A DNA stretch of 64,000 bases from Acidimicrobiia bacterium (GTDB lineage Bacteria > Actinomycetota > Acidimicrobiia > Spongiisociales > UBA11373). A program made the position numbers and the translations under genes. The DNA is taken from NCBI GenBank assembly GCA_041551965.1, contig JBFELU010000001.1, positions 5,132 to 69,131 of the forward strand, written 5' to 3'. The notes beneath the pieces are model-generated. The model was not told the DNA's origin and searched no databases. It saw only the letters and a list, made by a program, of their open reading frames with translations. The first letter of the stretch is position 1. Each line of letters opens with the position of its first letter. Below, in pieces: positions 19,385 through 28,508 of the stretch.

Positions 19385-19840
19385 ATGCGTGCGATAGCGC
19401 AGAGGGTGAGTGAGGCCCGAGTCCTCGTCGACGGCGAGGTCGTCGGGGCCATCGGTCGCGGCTTGGCGGTCCTCGTCGGGGTCGCCGTCGGGGACGATTC
19501 CCGGGATGCCGAGGCAATCGCGGTCAAACTCGGTGGCCTCCGGGTCTTTGCCGATGAGGCGGGGAAGATGAATCTGGCGGTGCAGGACGTGGGGGGGGCG
19601 GTGCTCGTCGTGAGCCAGTTCACCCTCCTCGCCGATGTCCGCAAGGGCCGCCGTCCTTCGTTCGTGGCCGCCGCTCCACCCGACCGGGCCGACCGCCTGG
19701 TGGGCGAAGTCGTCCAACGGCTGGAGGAGCGGGGCATCACCTGCGCCACCGGCTCGTTCGGTGCCCACATGAAGCTCGAGCTGGCCAACGACGGCCCGGT
19801 GACGATCATCATCGAATCCGAGCAGGGGCGCATCCTCTGA
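19385..19840 (+). CDS. dtd: D-aminoacyl-tRNA deacylase
   Basis: 151 aa. The N-terminus is MRAIAQRV...G.GL.VLVGV, and the SQFTLLAD motif is present. Confidence 0.92.
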   Translation: MRAIAQRVSEARVLVDGEVVGAIGRGLAVLVGVAVGDDSRDAEAIAVKLGGLRVFADEAGKMNLAVQDVGGAVLVVSQFTLLADVRKGRRPSFVAAAPPDRADRLVGEVVQRLEERGITCATGSFGAHMKLELANDGPVTIIIESEQGRIL

Positions 19841-19852
19841 TCCCTCCTACAG

Positions 19853-20476
19853 TTGGGCGGCGTGGATCGGTTGCGGACCCTTCTGCGGGATCACATTCGA
19901 GGGGTGATCATCGCCGCGATCGCGGTGGTCTCGCTGTTCTTTGCCCCGTGGCCGACGGTCGGCCTGCTCGCCTTGGCAACGGCGTCGTTGTGGCTGTATC
20001 GGGTTCGGTCCAATCGCAATCCGCCGTCCTCGAAGCAGGAGCGGGCCAGGATGATGGCCTCGAGCGGGCTGCTCGTGCTGGCCGGCACCTTCTTTGCGAT
20101 CCAGTTCATCCCGTACGGGCGCGCCCATGAGAACCCGCCGGTTGCGGTTGAGACGTCCTGGGACTCGGCCGAGACCGAGGATCTCTTTCGGAGGGCGTGC
20201 GCCGACTGTCACAGCAACGAGACGGTGTGGCCCTGGTTCAGCAGCATCGCTCCGGCCTCGTGGTGGGTGACCGCCAACGTCGAGGAAGGCCGGGCCGCCT
20301 TCAATGTGTCGGAGACGGTGTTCACTCGGGACCAGGTGGCCATCGCCATCGATGAGATCTCGAGCGGACGGATGCCGCCCGCCTACTACACGATGACCAA
20401 GCTCTCGGCCCGGCTGTCCGACGAGGAGACCGCTCGCCTGATCGAGGGGCTGGAGCGGTCCATGACTGCGCCCTAG
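19853..20476 (+). CDS. Membrane-anchored haem-binding domain protein (Haem_bd / HHB-type)
   Basis: It has a CxxCH-like block (CADCHSNETVWPWFSSIAPASWWV..NV.EGR..FN.S) and the SSGRMPP motif. The start may instead be at the internal MM (20051). Confidence 0.7.
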   Translation: MGGVDRLRTLLRDHIRGVIIAAIAVVSLFFAPWPTVGLLALATASLWLYRVRSNRNPPSSKQERARMMASSGLLVLAGTFFAIQFIPYGRAHENPPVAVETSWDSAETEDLFRRACADCHSNETVWPWFSSIAPASWWVTANVEEGRAAFNVSETVFTRDQVAIAIDEISSGRMPPAYYTMTKLSARLSDEETARLIEGLERSMTAP

Positions 20477-23400
20477 CCGGAGCCGACCCGGGCCGATCCT
20501 TCGGGACAGAAGCGCACGAAGTCGCAGTGGTGGCAGGCGGGCGACGGCATAGGCTCGTACTCCCCGGCCGATGCCGCCGCCACCAGGTCCTCCAGCCGGG
20601 CACGCGCCTCCGAGAGCCATTCGGCGTCGACCGTCTCGGCGACCTCCTCGAGCCCGCCTCCGAGATAGACGAAGGCGACCGTGATCTCGGAAGGCGGAGG
20701 ATCCGCAAAGCCCGCCTCGTGAACGGCCAACCCGTACGCCTGGAGCTGGGTACGGCGGGCAGGGTCGTCGCTGCGGCGCCCGCTCTTGAAGTCGACGATC
20801 TCCCAGACCCCCGGCGAGGATTCGTAGACGGCATCGATTCGGCCCCCGATCCGCCCGGTGTCGAGGGCGAGGTCGAACGGCGCCTCGATCAGGAGGGGCC
20901 GTTCCCGAGCGAAGCGAGAGGCCAGGAACGCCGCATAGGCGCCCTCGGAGTCGCCCCGGTCCTCCCCGGGCCCGAGGTCGTAGAGGTCGTCGGTGAGGTC
21001 GTCCAGCGCCATGCTCCCGCGGTTGTGCAGTTCGATGCGGCGGTGGAGTTCGATGCCTCGTCGCAGTCGCGGGGAAGGGCGGCGAGGGAGGCGGTCGATC
21101 TCGGACCAGTAGAAGCGTTTGGGGCACGTGGCATAGGTCACCAGTCCGGTGACCGATGTTCGGAAGGCCGGCTGCTCAGGGACCGCGACCGGGGGCTCGG
21201 CGATCCCCTCCAGGGTCAACTGCAGCTGCTCCATGCGGGCATCGTATGCTCCCCCGCCTCCCTCGTCCTCGGCGAGGCGGCGGGGGAGCGAGGGGTCCTC
21301 CAGCGCCTGTCGAAGCACGGCGCGCCAGCCGCCGGGGAATGCCGGATCGGGTCCGCCGGAGTGGTCGTCTTCGAATCGCAGTGTCGCCGGCGGATCTCCC
21401 GGTTCGGTTTCGGCGACGACCTCCTCTCCGATCTCGGCGACCAAGCGATACAGCGGTCCCGGCCGTCTCGGCCGTTTCTCCGAGTACCAGAAGGCGCCGG
21501 TGCCCACGAGGTGCGTGGCGGCTCTGGTGACCCCCACGTATGCGGTCCGCCACTCCTGATCGTCGTGGAGGGATCGCAGCAGGTCCATTCGCTGCCGATC
21601 GTCGGTGGGCAGCGTCGGGAAGAATCCGGCGTCGAGCCGCAGTTCGAACGGCAGGTACTGCGGCTTGGCGACCGGATCGGGGTGGGCGTGGGCTCGGGCT
21701 GGGAAGGTGTCTTGGCACAGGGCCGGGAGGAACACCACCGGCCACTCCAATCCCTTGCTGCGATGCACGGTGAGCAGTACGACTGCATCCGATCCGCTGA
21801 CCGCGGCGGTGTCGAGGGCCTCGGTGCCCCGCTCCTCGCGAAGCAGATCCAGGTAATCCAGGAACGCCTCCAGCGATGGGCCGCCCTCGAGAGGGCTCCA
21901 CTCCTCGGCGAGGTCGAGGAAGCGGTACAGGTTCAGGCGTGCCGAGAGCCGGGCGGCGTCGTCGAGGGCCTCGACCTCCTGCCATGCGCCGGTTCGATCC
22001 AGCACCGATCGGCAGAGATCGACGAGGGTCGCCGCCTGGGCCGTTTCGAGAAGGCCGCGGTACACGTCGAGGAAGGCCTCCAAGCGGCGGCTCGCCTCGG
22101 CGGGTGGACCATCGCACTCCTCGAGGTGCTCGATGGCCTCGAGCAGCGCCCACCCGATACCGCCGACGTCGTCGTCGGATGCCCCCGGGCGGTGTTGGCG
22201 CACCCATCGAGCCAGCGGTGCGAGGTCGCCGAGGCCGAGGCGGTAGAACGGTCCGAGCAGCACCCGGAGCAGTGCCGGAGCATCGTCGGGCCGGTCGAGG
22301 ATCGTCAGCCAGGCCCACAGGTCTGCCACCTCGGGGACTTCGAGCAGCCCGCCGAGGGCGGCGACTTCGACTGGGATTCCCTGCCGCTCGAGCGCCTCCC
22401 GAACCAGCCCCATTTGCCGGTGACCTCGAAACAGGATCGCCATGTCGCTCCACCCGGTGCCGCCGTCGCGGAGCCGGGTCACCTCGGTTGCGATCCAGCG
22501 GGCTTCGTCGAGGGCGGTGCGGAACCACCCGGCACGCACCGAGCCCGGGCCGGCACCTTCGAGCGGACGGAGGTCTTGTCGTTCGGTCCCGTTCCCGATC
22601 CGGCTCCCGACGGCGTTGGCCAGATCGATGATCCGACCGGCCGAACGGCGGTTGACCGACAGCGGCAGGGTGACGGCGGGCGTCCCGTCGGAGGCCGGGA
22701 AATGGGTGGGGAAGGCTGCGAAGTTCTCGAGCGAAGCCCCCCGCCACTCGTAGATCGTCTGATCCGGATCGCCGACGGCGGTGACCGGAAAGCCGTCCCC
22801 GAAGAGGGTTCGCAACAGCTCGCGCTGGGCGGGATTGGTGTCCTGGTATTCGTCGAGCAAGATGACTCGATACCGGTTGCGGATCCGCTCGGCGATCTCC
22901 GGGTGCAGAGTCACCAGGCGGTGGGCGCCGGTGATCAGATCGGCGTAGTCGATCAGGCCGAGGGATCGCTTGCGTTGCCCGTACCACTCGAGCGCACGCG
23001 CCATCTCGAGCCGTTGTGACCAGATCTCATCGGGCTCGGCAGGTGCGGCGTCGATGAGATCGGCGGGCGTGAGCAGATGGTCGCCGAGCTGTCCGCCGAG
23101 TACGGCGAGCTCGTCGACGCGATGGCCGGGAGCGGTGAGATCCAGTTCGGGGGCTGCGGTCAGGGCCCGGGTGAGCAGCTGGCGCGAGTAGCCGGGGGTG
23201 ATGAGCCCCGCGGATCGCTCGATTCCTATCAGGGCGCCGAACTCGCGCAGCAGACCCAAGGAGAAGCCGTGATAGGTGGCCACCTCCACGTCGCGTCCCT
23301 CGGCCGCCAGTTCGGGGAGCAGGCTTCGAAGACGATCGGAAAGCTCGGCGGCAGCCTTGTTGGTGAACGTGACCCCGAGCGCCTCCTCGGGGGCGACCGC

Positions 23401-23535
23401 GTTGGCCCGCACCAGCGCCTCGAGCCGGAGCGCCATCGTCGTGGTCTTCCCGGTGCCGGCGCCGGCCAGCACGCGAAGCGGGCTCGGGGGGAACCGGAGG
23501 ACGACGGCCTGCTCGGGAGAGGGGGTGATCCTCAT
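20473..23535 (-). CDS. adnB: UvrD/PcrA-like helicase fused to a RecB-type nuclease; AdnB-like subunit
   Basis: It has Walker A GAGTGKTTT and the DEYQDTN motif. The C-terminal PD-(D/E)XK region ends in the Cys cluster CHHCDFVRFC. I set the start at ATG 23535 (MRITPSPEQ), which overlaps the adnA stop (ATGA). The adnA/adnB assignment is by gene order only. Confidence 0.78.
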   Translation of the reverse strand: MRITPSPEQAVVLRFPPSPLRVLAGAGTGKTTTMALRLEALVRANAVAPEEALGVTFTNKAAAELSDRLRSLLPELAAEGRDVEVATYHGFSLGLLREFGALIGIERSAGLITPGYSRQLLTRALTAAPELDLTAPGHRVDELAVLGGQLGDHLLTPADLIDAAPAEPDEIWSQRLEMARALEWYGQRKRSLGLIDYADLITGAHRLVTLHPEIAERIRNRYRVILLDEYQDTNPAQRELLRTLFGDGFPVTAVGDPDQTIYEWRGASLENFAAFPTHFPASDGTPAVTLPLSVNRRSAGRIIDLANAVGSRIGNGTERQDLRPLEGAGPGSVRAGWFRTALDEARWIATEVTRLRDGGTGWSDMAILFRGHRQMGLVREALERQGIPVEVAALGGLLEVPEVADLWAWLTILDRPDDAPALLRVLLGPFYRLGLGDLAPLARWVRQHRPGASDDDVGGIGWALLEAIEHLEECDGPPAEASRRLEAFLDVYRGLLETAQAATLVDLCRSVLDRTGAWQEVEALDDAARLSARLNLYRFLDLAEEWSPLEGGPSLEAFLDYLDLLREERGTEALDTAAVSGSDAVVLLTVHRSKGLEWPVVFLPALCQDTFPARAHAHPDPVAKPQYLPFELRLDAGFFPTLPTDDRQRMDLLRSLHDDQEWRTAYVGVTRAATHLVGTGAFWYSEKRPRRPGPLYRLVAEIGEEVVAETEPGDPPATLRFEDDHSGGPDPAFPGGWRAVLRQALEDPSLPRRLAEDEGGGGAYDARMEQLQLTLEGIAEPPVAVPEQPAFRTSVTGLVTYATCPKRFYWSEIDRLPRRPSPRLRRGIELHRRIELHNRGSMALDDLTDDLYDLGPGEDRGDSEGAYAAFLASRFARERPLLIEAPFDLALDTGRIGGRIDAVYESSPGVWEIVDFKSGRRSDDPARRTQLQAYGLAVHEAGFADPPPSEITVAFVYLGGGLEEVAETVDAEWLSEARARLEDLVAAASAGEYEPMPSPACHHCDFVRFCPEGSARVGSG

Positions 23536-26495
23536 CCGCAATATGCCTCCCTCCCGTCCGGCCACTCCGGGCAGGTCGAACGAACGGGGCAACGGTCACA
23601 TCGCGGGCCGGGACGAGGCCTCCAGTCCTCGCCGGTGATGCCGGCGGCGGCTGCGGCGAGGAGGTCGGAGACCTCGTTGAGATGGGCGGGATCGAACGTC
23701 CGCACGGTGATGCCCTTGGCGCGGGTTCCCGGGTACCAGAACTCGGCCGCGCCCACCTCGCCGAGCGCGGCGATCTCGGGGTCTGTCGCCGCTGCCATGG
23801 AGTAGAAGCCGAGCTGCACCGAGGCAGCCACCTCGGCGACGGAAGGAGCGGAACCGGAGGTCTTGTAGTCCACGATCCGCACCAGCGGGGTGGCGCCGTC
23901 CCGTTCTTCGACCTCGATGCGGTCGATGCGCCCTCGCCAGGTCGTGTCCCCGATGAGAGCGGTGACCTCGTGTTCGACCCGGATGACCCGGCCCGTTCCG
24001 GGCCACGCCGAATAGAGGCGGGTGAGCAGGCGCTCGGCCCTTCTCCGCCACGCCGCCGCCCAGGGACCATCACCGAACGGCACGGGGTCCCAATGATCGG
24101 TGAGGGTGGCGAGAGCGTCTTCGAGCGTTCCGTGGGGATCGCCCCGCTCGGATGCCTGCTGCTCCACCATTTCGAGAACACGGTGGATCAGGTTGCCGAG
24201 CTCCTGATAGACGGACCGTCCCACATCGATGTGGAGCCTCCGGCCGAGCACGTAGTGCCGGGGACAGTCGAGGTAGGCGTCCGCCTGGCTGGGCGACAGC
24301 ACCGGGTCGGGGGGGATCAGTCCGGTGTCGGGCCCGCGAGCCAAGACCCCTGCGTAGGTGATCGGTGCTCGGGGTCGCCAGGGTCCACCGGTGACCAGGG
24401 CTCCGAGCGCAGCACGGCGGAGGGCACCGGGATGGGCGGGATCACGGATGGTTCGCCGCAGCCAGGCCTCGGCCTCCAGCGGGGTGGCCGGCACCGGGTC
24501 GCTGACGGGATCCGAGAGTGCATCCTCCATGCGGTCGGCTCCCGCGACGAGCGGGAGGAAACGGCTCGGCACCCCGCGACCGTCCTCGAAGCCGACGGTC
24601 GTACAGGTCCAGATCACCCGTCGGGTGGCGCGAGTCATCGCGGTGTAGGCGAGGCGCATCTCCTCCTGGAGACGAAAACGGATGTATTCGGTGGGAGGCG
24701 TGGGGATCTCGGTGAGATGGCGGGTGCCGAGCAGCGATTCGCGGGCCCGGAGGTCGGGAAAGACTCCTTCGCGGGCATCGGCGATCACGACGACGTCGAA
24801 CTCGAGACCCTTGGCCTGGTGGAGGGTGGTGAGCACCAGGCGGTCGTCGGAAGGCGCGTGGAACTCCAGCAGCGGTGTCGCCTCGAAATCCTCGGTGATG
24901 CTCAATGCCACGTAGTCGGCCAGGGTGGCCTGCGGGTCTCGTTCGCCGAGCCGCGTCAAGACCTGCGCCAACGAGGACCAAGCGATTCGATCGGCGCGGG
25001 AGCGGTCGTTTGTGACCGACTCGGCAAAGGCCGGGAGGGTCGACCATAGGTGCCAGAATCCGTCGGCCGCCGGCATCTCGATGGCCCAGGAGGGATCCTC
25101 GAGCAGGCCGGCGAGGGCTGATCCGCCCCCCTCCAGGCTGCGGAGCACATCGGGCCAACCGGCGTCCTCGGCCGACCGGCGGCGGCGCAGTTCCCGCATC
25201 GCCGACAGCGGCAGGCGGAACAGAGGCCCGAGGAGGAGCCGCCGCATCGCTGCTTCCGACTCGTGTGTGGCTGCGGTGACACAGTCGAGGACGACCCGCA
25301 CCGCCGGATGGTCGACGAGCCTCGCATCGGGGGGATCGTGGGGGATGCCTCGCCGGTCCAGGGAGCGGGAGAGTTCGGACAAGAACGGGTTCTTGGAGCG
25401 CACCAGTACCGCCATACGGCGGTACGGGGTGTGCTCCCTGAGATGAATGCGCTCCAGGGTGGCGGCGATCCACTCGGCCTCGTGGGTCTGCTGATCGAAG
25501 GCGTAGGTCTCGACGGAGCCGCGGGTTGCGGCCGGAGTGACCGGCCCCGCGGCGCCCGGCAATCGTCCGCCGGCGGTCACCCTGACTGCGGCATCGAGGA
25601 TCTCGGCCGGAACCCGAAAGGACGTGGTCAGCACGATACGGCGTGCCGGATCCCCCGCGGCGTCGGGGAACGCGGTGGGGAACGCCTCGATGTTGCCGAG
25701 ACGGGCTCCCCGGAACGAGTAGATCGACTGATAGGGATCGCCTGCCGCCGTGAGGTTGCGATGCTCGCGATACAGCAACTCGAGGATCCGGGCCTGGGCG
25801 AGCGTGGTGTCCTGGTACTCATCGACCAGGATGTAGTCGTATTCCGCGGCGACCCGGCCGGCGGCCCCGGGTTGGGAGAGCAGTGACACCGCCCTGGTTT
25901 GCAGCGAGCCGTAATCGAGCCGGTGGGCCGCCTCGAGTGCCGTCTGATAGTGGCCGAGAAAGGCGGGGAGTCGCCGCCAGTCGGCTCGCTCCGTGGCCCG
26001 GACGGCCAGCGCCTCGGGATCGATCAGCTGCTCGCCACAGCGGAGGATGAAGTCGGCCACCTCGTTGGCAAAGGTCTGGCTGGTGAGCAGGCCCCGGTAG
26101 GGCAACGGCCAGGAGTCCGGGTCCTCAGAGGCCAGGAGCTCGTGGACCAGGGCCACCTGCTCCGGGCCGGTGAGGAGCGGCGGCACCCCGCGGTCATCGG
26201 CGTCGTGCGCCTCCAGGAGTCGGTGAGCCAGGCCGTGGAAGGTGAAGGCGCTGACTCTGGTGAGCGACCGGCCCAGTCCCTCGGTGACCCTCGTCCGCAG
26301 ATCGGCCGCCCCTCTTCGCGAAAACGAGAGCAGGAGGATGCGTTCGGGCCCGACCCGCTCTTCGTCGATGAGGTGGAGGGCCCGTCGGACGAGGAACTCC
26401 GTCTTGCCGGTCCCCGGTCCCGCCACCACGAGCTGCGGCCCCGACGCCCGTGCGATCGCCTCCGGCCAGTCCCCGGGGTCGACGCGCACCTCCAT
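23532..26495 (-). CDS. adnA: UvrD/PcrA-like helicase fused to a RecB-type nuclease; AdnA-like subunit
   Basis: It has Walker A GPGTGKTEF and the VDEYQDTT motif. The C-terminal nuclease region has the Cys cluster CDRCPVRSTC. It is the first gene of the coupled pair. Confidence 0.78.
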   Translation of the reverse strand: MEVRVDPGDWPEAIARASGPQLVVAGPGTGKTEFLVRRALHLIDEERVGPERILLLSFSRRGAADLRTRVTEGLGRSLTRVSAFTFHGLAHRLLEAHDADDRGVPPLLTGPEQVALVHELLASEDPDSWPLPYRGLLTSQTFANEVADFILRCGEQLIDPEALAVRATERADWRRLPAFLGHYQTALEAAHRLDYGSLQTRAVSLLSQPGAAGRVAAEYDYILVDEYQDTTLAQARILELLYREHRNLTAAGDPYQSIYSFRGARLGNIEAFPTAFPDAAGDPARRIVLTTSFRVPAEILDAAVRVTAGGRLPGAAGPVTPAATRGSVETYAFDQQTHEAEWIAATLERIHLREHTPYRRMAVLVRSKNPFLSELSRSLDRRGIPHDPPDARLVDHPAVRVVLDCVTAATHESEAAMRRLLLGPLFRLPLSAMRELRRRRSAEDAGWPDVLRSLEGGGSALAGLLEDPSWAIEMPAADGFWHLWSTLPAFAESVTNDRSRADRIAWSSLAQVLTRLGERDPQATLADYVALSITEDFEATPLLEFHAPSDDRLVLTTLHQAKGLEFDVVVIADAREGVFPDLRARESLLGTRHLTEIPTPPTEYIRFRLQEEMRLAYTAMTRATRRVIWTCTTVGFEDGRGVPSRFLPLVAGADRMEDALSDPVSDPVPATPLEAEAWLRRTIRDPAHPGALRRAALGALVTGGPWRPRAPITYAGVLARGPDTGLIPPDPVLSPSQADAYLDCPRHYVLGRRLHIDVGRSVYQELGNLIHRVLEMVEQQASERGDPHGTLEDALATLTDHWDPVPFGDGPWAAAWRRRAERLLTRLYSAWPGTGRVIRVEHEVTALIGDTTWRGRIDRIEVEERDGATPLVRIVDYKTSGSAPSVAEVAASVQLGFYSMAAATDPEIAALGEVGAAEFWYPGTRAKGITVRTFDPAHLNEVSDLLAAAAAGITGEDWRPRPGPRCDRCPVRSTCPEWPDGREAYCG

Positions 26496-26501
26496 GTGCG
26501 T

Positions 26502-26524
26502 ACGCTATCGCGGCGCTGTGACGC
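26502..26524 (-). promoter_or_regulatory. Candidate promoter for a leaderless adnA mRNA, with a partial match to the mycobacterial RecA-independent DNA-damage promoter (RecA-NDp)
   Basis: The minus strand reads gcGTCAcag-N8-TAGCGT, followed 6 nt later by the adnA ATG. The RecA-NDp consensus as I recall it is tTGTCRgtg-N8-TAnnnT. Only the GTCA core, the spacing and the TAnnnT element match. Confidence 0.25.
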
Positions 26525-26710
26525 GTCTCGAGACGCTCCCCGGCAGAGGAAGGGTCACCGCCGTAAGGTCGACCGTCCCGTGCCGACGGGATCCCCGGGC
26601 GGGACCGGGGATCGCTGAGGGAACGAGTCCCCTGATTCCCGAGAGGCGCCGAAACGGGTGGCAGATCTGATCTGTGTCGACGACGGCGAAGCTCGGGGGG
26701 CGTCTCGTCC

Positions 26711-27517
26711 CTAGGGACTCGCGGCGGCGCTCGGCTCCGGCGTTCCCACGAAGGCCGGCACCCGGTCCTCCCACGCCGGACAGATGTCCTGGAACGAACA
26801 CCAGTCGCAGAGGCGACCCACCCGGGTCGGAAAGCGGTCTTCATCGATGGCCCGCTCGATCGCCGTCCACAATGCCCGGAGCTGCCGGTCGACGGCATCG
26901 AGTTGGGCATCGTTGATGGGGATCTCGTAGACCGTGGGGCCATTGAGATAGATCAGCTTGACGGAGTCGGGCGTGCGTTCCATCCGTCGGCGGATGAGGA
27001 GCGCGTAGATCTTGAGCGCAAAGAAGGCGGGGAGGGCATACCGTTCCGGCGGCGCCTTGCCCGTCTTGTAGTCGGTGATCACGAGCCGGCCATCCTCGGT
27101 TTCCTCCATCCGGTCGAGGATGCCGCGAATGGTGATCCCATCCATCTCCTCGAGCATGTCGAGTTCGCGATCGAGAGGCTCGATGCCCCGGGGATCCTCC
27201 GCGGTGAAGTAGTTGGCGAGGAGCTCGAGGCTCTCCACGCCCCAGGCCCGCTCCCCCTCCACGTCGTCGAACAACCCGTCGTACTCGGTGGTGCGCAGTT
27301 CGGCCCACGCCCGTCGGAACAGGTCGAAGAGAGCCTCGGGGGTGCGCTCCTCCGGCGGCATGTCGAAAAGCCACTCGAGCGCCTGGTGGGCCGTCGTTCC
27401 CCGGGCCTGGAAGACCGTGGCCGGTTCGGGGAGGCGATCGATAGCCCGGAACTTGAAGAGTTGCGGGCAGGTCTTGAAATCTCCGGCCCGGCTCGGGGAC
27501 AGGGTCTCGAGTGGCAT
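26711..27517 (-). CDS. PD-(D/E)XK nuclease, Cas4/RecB-exonuclease-like, with a 4-Cys (Fe-S type) arrangement
   Basis: An N-terminal Cys lies in DFKTCPQLFKFR, and the C-terminus has CDWCSFQDIC. The central region is RecB-like (ITDYKTGK). Confidence 0.8.
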   Translation of the reverse strand: MPLETLSPSRAGDFKTCPQLFKFRAIDRLPEPATVFQARGTTAHQALEWLFDMPPEERTPEALFDLFRRAWAELRTTEYDGLFDDVEGERAWGVESLELLANYFTAEDPRGIEPLDRELDMLEEMDGITIRGILDRMEETEDGRLVITDYKTGKAPPERYALPAFFALKIYALLIRRRMERTPDSVKLIYLNGPTVYEIPINDAQLDAVDRQLRALWTAIERAIDEDRFPTRVGRLCDWCSFQDICPAWEDRVPAFVGTPEPSAAASP

Positions 27518-27627
27518 GGGGCGACCTTACCCCAAGGGAGTGACACGGGTGTGATTCGGGCCCCGTTCGGTGACGTCACGGGAGCGGTGTGCCGGCGCGG
27601 ACAGACTCGCGAATAGTTCGCATGAGA

Positions 27628-28000
27628 CGCGAAAACAAAGCAGCGTTCTCGCTTGACGCCCCTCTCGCGGCCGTCGTATGGTTCAAACACTTCCTCCTCG
27701 GGACCGCAAGGAAACGGGGAGGCGGCCTCGGAGGAGGCTCCCGAAAGGGAGACGCCCGAGAGGGCCTTCGGGCTCACTCGGGTCACCTCCGGGGCCACGG
27801 CCCGAAAGCCGGGTTTCGGCCTGGTGGCCGGGTTCCCCTCCGGGGAGCGCTTCGCAAGGGGCGCACCACGAAGGGTAGAGACCCCGAGGGGGTTGAGGTT
27901 TCGGCCGAGACTTCCTCGGGGTTCTCGCGTCTCCCGGGTTCCCGTGTCCGATTTGGCCCGGTGCTCATGCGGGATAGCCTTAGTCCGAGAGCGGACACGG
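27628..28000 (+). ncRNA. Candidate structured RNA element, copy A (long 5' leader of the ferritin gene); family unknown
   Basis: This is a non-coding interval. It contains a dense series of GC stems capped by GCAA (27706-09, 27854-57), GAAA (27743-46), GAGA (27758-61) and UUCG (27767-70, 27900-03). These read as stable tetraloops on the + strand only. It aligns in blocks with copy B, and a 9-bp closing helix (27942-50/27992-28000) abuts the SD. Confidence 0.45.
27653..27682 (+). promoter_or_regulatory. Candidate sigma-A-type promoter inside structured element copy A
   Basis: TTGACG (27653-27658), an 18-nt spacer, then TATGGT (27677-27682). It is tentative, because the motif shared by both repeat copies (27628-27641) lies upstream of it. 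Confidence 0.3.
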
Positions 28001-28010
28001 AGAGGTGACC

Positions 28011-28505
28011 ATGACGATGAGTGCCGGGCTTCTCTCGGCCTTTCAGGAACAGATCGCACTCGAGTTCTCGGCGGCGTACTCCTATCTCGCCATTGCGTCC
28101 TACTTCGAGGGCGAGAACCTCCCGGGTTTCGCCCATTGGATGGAGGTCCAGTATCGGGAGGAGCTCGAGCACGCCGAGAAGTTCCGCCGCTTTCTCCTCG
28201 ACCGCGGGGTTCCGGTCGAGTTGCGCGCCATCACCGCGCCCGCCTCGGAGTTCGATTCCCCGGTGAGTGCGATGGCACAAGCCCTCGCCGGCGAGGAGCG
28301 GGTGACCGGCGCCATCCACGAGCTCTATCGCTCGGCCGTCGCCGAGGACGACTACGCCAGTCTTCCCCTGTTGCAGTGGTTCATCGACGAGCAGACGGAA
28401 GAGGAGGCCTCGGTGGGGGCACTCCTCCAGGCCATCACGATGGCCGCCGACGACCCGGCGGCACTTCTCATGCTCGACAGGGAAGTGGCCGCGCGGGGCG
28501 GGTGA
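28011..28505 (+). CDS. ftn: Ferritin (non-haem ferritin-like di-iron protein)
   Basis: Ferritin blocks are present: QIALEFSAAYSYLAIASYF, EELEHAEKF, FIDEQTEEE. The SD GGAGAGG (27999-28005) lies 5 nt before ATG 28011. The ORF track starts at an in-frame GTG at 28005. Confidence 0.9.
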   Translation: MTMSAGLLSAFQEQIALEFSAAYSYLAIASYFEGENLPGFAHWMEVQYREELEHAEKFRRFLLDRGVPVELRAITAPASEFDSPVSAMAQALAGEERVTGAIHELYRSAVAEDDYASLPLLQWFIDEQTEEEASVGALLQAITMAADDPAALLMLDREVAARGG

Positions 28506-28508
28506 AAC

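Noticed and set aside
27570-27579. A perfect 10-bp palindrome, GTGACGTCAC, upstream of copy A.
   Set aside because: Short perfect palindromes of this length are expected by chance many times in 64 kb. There is no second site or recognisable regulator consensus.
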